From a virus (lineage: Duplodnaviria > Heunggongvirae > Uroviricota > Caudoviricetes): DNA of 41,579 nucleotides. Numbering within the stretch: the stretch's first letter is position 1; every line of letters starts with the position of its first letter. Both the position numbers and the translations under genes were made by a program. The DNA lies in IMG/VR virus record IMGVR_UViG_2545824709_000014. The stretch is one strand, 5' to 3'. This document shows positions 35,577 to 41,579 of this stretch, one piece after another. The notes under the pieces were generated by a model. The model did no database searches, was not told the DNA's origin, and saw only the letters and a list, made by a program, of their open reading frames with translations.

Positions 35577-36806
35577 ATGGCAAAAATCGCTAAGAAGCTC
35601 ACTGACACTGAAATCAAAAGCACCAAGCCAGCCGATAAAGAAATCAACTTGTTTGACGGTGATGGTCTGATTCTACGAATCGCTCCTTTGGCGAAAGGAG
35701 GCAAGAAAAATTGGTATTTCAGGTATGCAGTACCAGTGAGCAAGAAAAGAACCAAAATGAGCCTTGGGACATATCCTCACCTTACCCTTGCAAGAGCCAG
35801 AGCCTTACGTGATGAATATCTCTCCTTTCTGGCAAATGGTGTTGATCCCCAAATCCATAACAACGATAAGGCGAAGGCATTAAAGAGTGCTACTGAGCAC
35901 ACTCTCCAAGCCGTAGCGCGGAAATGGTTAGATGAGAAGGTAAAGACATCAGGTATCTCACAAGACCATGCAGCAGACATCTGGCGCAGCTTAGAGAGAA
36001 ATGTCTTTCCCGGTCTGGGTAATGTCCCTATCAATGAGATCCGACCTAAGCTCTTAAAACAACACCTTGATCCTATTGAGCAACGAGGCGTATTGGAAAC
36101 TCTACGCCGTATCATTTCACGTCTGAATGAAATCTTCCGGTGGGCAGCTACTGAAGAACTTATTGAGTTCAACCCGGCTGACAACCTTGGTCAAAGATTC
36201 AGTAAACCAAAAAAGCAAAATATGCCTGCCCTTCCCCCAAGCGAATTGCCAAGGTTTATGGAATCTTTGACGAATGCGTCAATCCGGTTGGAAACACGTA
36301 TGCTAATTGAATGGCAATTGTTGACATGGGTTCGTCCGGGTGAAGCCGTTCGCGCAAGGTGGTCTGATATTGATACAACCAACAGCATTTGGAACATTCC
36401 TGCTGATTTCATGAAAATGAAAAAGCTTCACAAAGTTCCTTTGAGTAAAGAAGCTTTGCGCATCCTTGAATTAATGAAATCAATAAGTGGGCATAGAGAA
36501 TGGGTTTTCCCCAGCATAAAAGCGCCTCTTAATCATATGCATGAACAAACAGCCAACGCAGCTATCATCCGAATGGGGTTCGGAGGCGAGCTTGTAGCTC
36601 ACGGTATGCGTTCTATTGCACGAACAGCGGCAGAGGAGTCTGGTAAATTCAGAGCTGAAGTTCTTGAGGCAGCGCTTGCCCACTCGAAAAAAGATGAAAT
36701 TATCGCAGCATACAATCGTGCAGAATATCTGATAGAGCGACAGAGTTTGATGCAATGGTGGAGTGATTACGTTCAAGCTCAAAGATCAAATGCTCTGGTA
36801 GCCTAA
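35577..36806 (+). CDS. Tyrosine integrase, P4 family
   Basis: Start placed at MAKIAKKLTDTEIKSTKPADKE (GAGG 8 nt upstream), a typical P4-Int N-terminal arm-binding region; C-terminal HGMRSIARTAA...AYNRAEYLIERQSLMQWWSDY; ORF track start is 35535. Confidence 0.85.
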   Translation: MAKIAKKLTDTEIKSTKPADKEINLFDGDGLILRIAPLAKGGKKNWYFRYAVPVSKKRTKMSLGTYPHLTLARARALRDEYLSFLANGVDPQIHNNDKAKALKSATEHTLQAVARKWLDEKVKTSGISQDHAADIWRSLERNVFPGLGNVPINEIRPKLLKQHLDPIEQRGVLETLRRIISRLNEIFRWAATEELIEFNPADNLGQRFSKPKKQNMPALPPSELPRFMESLTNASIRLETRMLIEWQLLTWVRPGEAVRARWSDIDTTNSIWNIPADFMKMKKLHKVPLSKEALRILELMKSISGHREWVFPSIKAPLNHMHEQTANAAIIRMGFGGELVAHGMRSIARTAAEESGKFRAEVLEAALAHSKKDEIIAAYNRAEYLIERQSLMQWWSDYVQAQRSNALVA

Positions 36807-36844
36807 GTATCAGAATAGCTAATATAATCCTGAAGGTAAAGAAA

Positions 36845-37261
36845 ATGGAAACCCTATTCAAAGTTTTTGAAAAATTTAGTTCCAGACCACTTTTTTTTAT
36901 TTTTTTCGGACTCTCACTTTGTGAATTTTTTCAGAAACAATCTGTTCTGATGAATCCATCAGCAGATAACATCGCGAAATTATTCGCAGCCATGATATTA
37001 GTTGTTTTTTTTACTTGGGGATTTGAATGGCTAATCTTCAAGTTCAATGTAAACCTTGAACCTCATGATCAAGGCGATATTGGACCAACAATTGGAACGG
37101 CTACTTTAGCTGTATACTTAGTTTATGCCTTTCACTTTCTCAGTGAAAATCCTGAAGCATTAAATTTAAAGTTATTAACTAACTCTGGCTTTATATACAG
37201 CACAACTCTATTATTATTCTCATTAGAATGCATGAAGCTTAGAAGACTTAAACAAAAATAA
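36845..37261 (+). CDS. Small hypothetical membrane protein (about four predicted TM helices)
   Basis: 138 aa; AT-rich; hydrophobic segments LFFIFFGLSL, AAMILVVFFTWGFEWLIF, IGTATLAVYLVYAF, IYSTTLLLFSL. Confidence 0.5.
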   Translation: METLFKVFEKFSSRPLFFIFFGLSLCEFFQKQSVLMNPSADNIAKLFAAMILVVFFTWGFEWLIFKFNVNLEPHDQGDIGPTIGTATLAVYLVYAFHFLSENPEALNLKLLTNSGFIYSTTLLLFSLECMKLRRLKQK

Positions 37262-37291
37262 ACAACATCATTGTGATGATAAATATAAAAT

Positions 37292-37320
37292 AGGCATGGC
37301 GAAAAAAAATCACCACGCCT
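37292..37320. terminator. Hairpin between the convergent 4-TM gene and the receiver-domain gene
   Basis: AGGCATGG ... CCACGCCT imperfect inverted repeat around an A-rich loop. Confidence 0.3.
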
Positions 37321-37332
37321 AAAATATAATAA

Positions 37333-39099
37333 TTATGGTAGCATCATTGATACATAATCCACACCAATCCTTGAGCTATACTGAGACGCTATAGCCTGAT
37401 ATCTTTCTGCATAACCAGTTCTCAGTTGAGATTTAAGTTTGAGTCGGACAGGAACATTTTGCACGTTGCCATCCATATTACTTAAAAACACGGCAGAAAT
37501 AATATTTTTTTCTTCGCCATCAACTGTTGTTCCATGATTCAACACCACCATATAATCAACAACAGGAAGCGTTTTATCCCCTTCGAAAATAGAGAGATAT
37601 TTTCTTTGATTTTTATGCATTACATATATATATTTCGAATGTTCAGCAAATGGCAATGCTTTACTCTGACTGGCGTTAAAAAGCTCCAGAACTTTAATGA
37701 GCCTGTGCGGACTTAATCTTACATGGTGAGGGTCGTTACCCTGAGTAGGAACCAAATCACATGCCGCAGATACACATAAATACCATTTGTTCGACTCTGT
37801 ATCAAAGAAAATAGTGCCAGTAGAAATATGACCATCTTCAAAATTCTTTGAAGACAAATTCATATTTAAAGCATGATACATTTCGTGATAAGTATCATTA
37901 TTTGATGGCAGATCCATTTTTGAAGAGCAATATTGGAGCAATGCAGCAACTCCGCTGTTAGCGTATTCATTTGAATAGCTATCAAAAACACTTTTGATAA
38001 ATTCATCCAGCGTATTATTATTTTTAAGTCTTTGATAAAGCTCTTCTGATAAATTACCAAATACAAAGTCAATATTTCTACATCTAATATCAGGCGAGTC
38101 TGATTTTAATATCTCATTTAACCACGCAGCTTGACCGTAATGATCGTTAGCCAAATGATTTACAAAAGATAAAACCTCAGCTTCGATTGCATTCTGAATT
38201 TCAGATTTTATTAACTGATAATAAGATGGTTTCCATTCAATGAGAGAATCATTGAGAGTTTGCCAAATCCTATCTCCATCGTTTTCATGATCATCTTGAA
38301 CCTTATGAAATAGGGAGACAAAGATATTACCACATTGAATCCATTTTACTCCGCTTTCATCACCCCGAATGACATTGCCAGATGTGTTGCTAGAAATAAT
38401 TGCATTTCTAGACACAGCATATTCTGCAATCATTTTTGCAATGAAGTTTTTATCCTTTTGATCCTCCAACACAGCATCATCATGTATTAATCTTTTAATT
38501 CTTCTACAAGGCTTACTGTCTTTAATATAGGCTATTGTTTCATCTCTTGTGAGAGCTTTATTACCATTATCATTTAAGTTCGGTAATACAACGTCTTCCC
38601 AATAACTTTGGACATCTTCATTATCGTAGTCAATGATCAAGCTGTTGATATCCAGAGCACCTTTGAGAGTCGATGATATCTGCATCCAAACCGTTTCTAA
38701 ATTCTCTCTAGTATATATTACAATCATATTTAAATGATCGGAGTCTTTCAAATCTTGTAATAGTTTAAGTGTTTTATCAGGTGCATTATTATCAAGATGA
38801 TAATCTACAATAATAAGATCTGATTTTCTAATCCGATCCACATCGAAATTAACAGAACCATTGTCAACATCACAAATCATATTTTTAGATTGAAAAAAGC
38901 TCTCAAGAGTAGCGGCTCGTTTAGATGAGTCAATTTTGTTGTAGTCTAAATCAACTTCGTTATTCAACGCCCTGATTGATTCAGAATACGTCAGAAAATC
39001 GTCATCAATCATGACAACGGAACGAATTGCATTTTCGCAGAAAGTTTTCTGGACAAGAGAATTATAATTTGCCACTGTCATATTAGAACTCCACTCCAT
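37333..39099 (-). CDS. Receiver (REC)-like N-terminal domain fused to a ~450-aa domain of unknown function
   Basis: 588 aa; VVMIDDD acidic pocket, LIIVDYHLD candidate phospho-acceptor Asp, MIVIYT; start overlaps the upstream kinase-like gene by 17 nt; AT-rich. Confidence 0.6.
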   Translation of the reverse strand: MEWSSNMTVANYNSLVQKTFCENAIRSVVMIDDDFLTYSESIRALNNEVDLDYNKIDSSKRAATLESFFQSKNMICDVDNGSVNFDVDRIRKSDLIIVDYHLDNNAPDKTLKLLQDLKDSDHLNMIVIYTRENLETVWMQISSTLKGALDINSLIIDYDNEDVQSYWEDVVLPNLNDNGNKALTRDETIAYIKDSKPCRRIKRLIHDDAVLEDQKDKNFIAKMIAEYAVSRNAIISSNTSGNVIRGDESGVKWIQCGNIFVSLFHKVQDDHENDGDRIWQTLNDSLIEWKPSYYQLIKSEIQNAIEAEVLSFVNHLANDHYGQAAWLNEILKSDSPDIRCRNIDFVFGNLSEELYQRLKNNNTLDEFIKSVFDSYSNEYANSGVAALLQYCSSKMDLPSNNDTYHEMYHALNMNLSSKNFEDGHISTGTIFFDTESNKWYLCVSAACDLVPTQGNDPHHVRLSPHRLIKVLELFNASQSKALPFAEHSKYIYVMHKNQRKYLSIFEGDKTLPVVDYMVVLNHGTTVDGEEKNIISAVFLSNMDGNVQNVPVRLKLKSQLRTGYAERYQAIASQYSSRIGVDYVSMMLP

Positions 39100-40801
39100 T
39101 GAACTGGATCACAAAATTAGCGCCATCTTTTATTAAATAGTTATCGCCTTCATCAGGTTCTGAATACCATATTTTATGATGTGCAACAGCAAGGTTTTCT
39201 CGACATAGATACAGACCTACCCCATGTCCATTTGCTCTTTTGCTATAAAATAGTTCAAATAGTCGCGGGATATCATCGGTATCAATTGCCGGACCAGAAT
39301 TTGCTATGATAACCAAAGAATTCACAAAACCAATCTTTATGAGCCTATTATTTGACAGACTGACCCAATACATTGCATTGTTGATAATATTAGTAAAAAC
39401 AGGATAGATCCTTGATGGTATATCTGTTATTGCGATTTGCTTAAACTCTTCACTAAATTCAATAGTTATTCGTTGCCGTTCGAAACGCTCCCCAAAGAAC
39501 TTCAGGACATAATCCATGATATTTTTTCCAGTTATTCTCTGCCTGGATTGATAACCTGATATTTTCAAAGGTGATAAGAAACGTATTTGTTGAGTAAGCG
39601 ATCTGTGAGCATTTAACGCCAATGAAAAACCAGGGTGTTCTTTTACAGAAGTAGGAAGAGAGTTTAGTCCTCTGGTTACCATAGAATCCATTTCTTCAAG
39701 TTCATGAGATATTATCTCAACACTAATACCTAACTGTGCAAGCGCGTTTAAACTTTTAGCTTTTTCTTCAAAATATGAGCGTTCTTCTTCAGATAATGAG
39801 AATGCTGAATCTAAGTTTATACCTTCAAATAATCTATCGAGACCTTTTATTATTGATTGATATTTGAAAGTTAGGGTATCAACTGACTCAACATATAAAC
39901 TATCGAGCAAATTAAACACATTTTCAATTTGTGAATCATTATCTATTGAATCAACAACTGATATAGTTTTAGCATAATAATCACTTCGATCAACCTTTAT
40001 TTCATCGGCCCATTTTTTTAAAAGAGAATGTATCTTCTCCTCTATCGTGTTATTAAACTTAGTTAGTTTAGAATTAATAATACCTTGATTTTTTTCAAGG
40101 TGATTTTTCGCTGACAATGAAGGCTCAAGTTTATTTAATTCAGAATCAAGTTTATTAATTGCTAACTTCATTTGTAGAATATACGCAGAGAACTCATTAA
40201 ATTTATCTCTGTAGTCTCTATATTTCTCTTCATACATTCCAAGTTTTGGAGGTTTGATAGGCGTTTTAATTTCACTGCGCAACGCATCTAAGTTTGTAAG
40301 ATCACTGTCTATAATTTTAAGATAGTTTAAATCTAACGAACCATCAGTTTTATCAAGCTTAGTTTTCAGCCTTTTAACAGCCTCCAAGGAAGCATCAAGA
40401 ACTGGTGTCTGATTCTTCAAAGCTTCTGAAAAACTTTTTTGTGTTGATTTTCGAGCTTGTTGTTGAGCAGATTTTCTTAACTCTTTTTCACGCTTAACTT
40501 GTTCTAAAAGCTCTTTACGGTCATCAGAACGTGAACCAAAAAATCTATCAGCAAGTTCAGTTAACAAATTAGATATAATAGTTTTCAGTTCTCTTGCAGC
40601 CTGGTTTCTTATGAATCCCTCTCTCCCCGACTTATCTTTCAGCTCTTTATTACTGGATTGAGTAATTCCAATATAACCAAAAATCCTTCTATTAGACCAA
40701 TAATATCGCCCTGCATTCCATGAACGTCTTTCTTCTATCTGGAAGAAATCATTATCTACTCGACCATAAGGTAATACTCTCAAGCTATCCCTAAAAATCA
40801 T
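39083..40801 (-). CDS. Histidine-kinase-like protein (coiled-coil N-terminus, H-box, C-terminal GHKL ATPase); possibly 5'-truncated
   Basis: 572 aa; H-box-like ISHELEEMD; N-box FTNIINNAMYW; G-box-like ANSGPAID and GHGVGLYL; reading frame stays open upstream of the first ATG into the IS3 end. Confidence 0.6.
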   Translation of the reverse strand: MIFRDSLRVLPYGRVDNDFFQIEERRSWNAGRYYWSNRRIFGYIGITQSSNKELKDKSGREGFIRNQAARELKTIISNLLTELADRFFGSRSDDRKELLEQVKREKELRKSAQQQARKSTQKSFSEALKNQTPVLDASLEAVKRLKTKLDKTDGSLDLNYLKIIDSDLTNLDALRSEIKTPIKPPKLGMYEEKYRDYRDKFNEFSAYILQMKLAINKLDSELNKLEPSLSAKNHLEKNQGIINSKLTKFNNTIEEKIHSLLKKWADEIKVDRSDYYAKTISVVDSIDNDSQIENVFNLLDSLYVESVDTLTFKYQSIIKGLDRLFEGINLDSAFSLSEEERSYFEEKAKSLNALAQLGISVEIISHELEEMDSMVTRGLNSLPTSVKEHPGFSLALNAHRSLTQQIRFLSPLKISGYQSRQRITGKNIMDYVLKFFGERFERQRITIEFSEEFKQIAITDIPSRIYPVFTNIINNAMYWVSLSNNRLIKIGFVNSLVIIANSGPAIDTDDIPRLFELFYSKRANGHGVGLYLCRENLAVAHHKIWYSEPDEGDNYLIKDGANFVIQFNGVEF

Positions 40802-40922
40802 TAGTCCTGCATACTTTTTGGCCTTAAGATCAAAGTGGGAATGTTCACGTTCAGTATGTGATGTATTTTGTGAAAGGAATTCAAACGTTCCTATCTGAAG
40901 CTCAAATGGGCCGACCCCTGCG

Positions 40923-41579
40923 TGATCCTACCCACGTAATATGGACACAGGCCTAAGCGAGGTTCTTGTTTTCAAATTGTTCCGGACTGAGGCCGCCACA
41001 CCAACTGTGCCGCCGCCACCGATTGTAATCACATTCGATATAATTAAACACCGTTGCCCGCATTATTTCCCGGCTGATAAAGTGTTCTCCATGGATACAT
41101 TCCACTTTCAGCGAATGAAAGAAGCTTTCCACGCAGGCATTATCGTAGCAGCAACCTTTTGCGCTCATACTTCCACGCAGATTATGCCGCTTCAGTTGCG
41201 CCTGATAATCTGCTGAACAGTACTGGCCTCCACGGTCCGTGTGAACGATAACGTTCCGGGGCCTCGTACGCCGCCACAGCGCCATCTGCAGGGCATCGCA
41301 GGCCAGTTGCGCCGTCATGCGTGGCGACATTGACCAGCCAATAACGGCACGTGACCACAGGTCAATGACCACTGCCAGATACAGCCAGCCTTCATCTGTA
41401 CGTAAGTACGTGATGTCTCCTGCCCACTTCTGGTTCGGGCCACTGGCGTAAAAATCCTGCTCCAACAGATTTTCTGATACAGGCAGGCCGTGTGCGCGGT
41501 AGCTGACCGGGCTGAACTTCCGGGAGGCCTTTGCCCTCAGTCCCTGACGGCGCAGGCTTGCCGCCACGGTTTTTACGTT
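40923..41579 (-). mobile_element. IS3, right end (partial, continues beyond the window)
   Basis: Terminal inverted repeat TGATCCTACCCACGTAATATGGACAC...; encodes the IS3 orfB transposase. Confidence 0.8.
40953..41579 (-). CDS. insF: IS3 transposase OrfB (InsF), partial
   Basis: ...[22 protein letters not shown]...[11 protein letters not shown]...[22 protein letters not shown] matches IS3 InsF as I recall it; DDE motif region present. Confidence 0.8.
   Translation of the reverse strand, partial: NVKTVAASLRRQGLRAKASRKFSPVSYRAHGLPVSENLLEQDFYASGPNQKWAGDITYLRTDEGWLYLAVVIDLWSRAVIGWSMSPRMTAQLACDALQMALWRRTRPRNVIVHTDRGGQYCSADYQAQLKRHNLRGSMSAKGCCYDNACVESFFHSLKVECIHGEHFISREIMRATVFNYIECDYNRWRRHSWCGGLSPEQFENKNLA

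Larger units (their letters stand above)
35367..41579. mobile_element. P4-type integrative element / satellite, left end only (continues beyond the window)
   Basis: att core copy immediately followed by a P4-family integrase and AT-rich cargo. Confidence 0.65.

Overview
Enterobacterial (E. coli-type) ssrA locus carrying two integrated elements in tandem. The window opens with the tmRNA gene ssrA (40-402); its last 45 bp (358-402) recur as a direct repeat at 35367-35411. Between the repeats lies a complete, inverted P2/186-family prophage of about 35 kb: ogr-D-U-T-E/E'-FII-FI-G-H-I-J-W-V-S-R-lysC/B/A-K-Y-X-L-M-N-O on the minus strand, P-Q on plus, then the early region (A, dam, TraR-like, cII, apl, cI, int). 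Three visibly AT-rich cargo insertions sit in it: a membrane-anchored orphan next to attL (576-1289), an AAA+ ATPase / S8 subtilase pair between portal gene Q and a putative cos (22249-25516, ietAS-like by architecture), and a P-loop kinase-deaminase fusion between int and attR (33387-35144, AvcD/DCD-like). Right of the second repeat a P4-type element begins (integrase 35577-36806). Its integrase-proximal hotspot holds a small 4-TM protein and an overlapping gene pair encoding a histidine-kinase-like ATPase and a receiver-domain protein with an unrecognised C-terminal domain; an IS3 copy (40923 to window end) abuts the pair. That kinase/receiver pair is my best candidate for an undescribed system. 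All assignments rest on reading the ORF translations, motifs and synteny from memory; no search was run.
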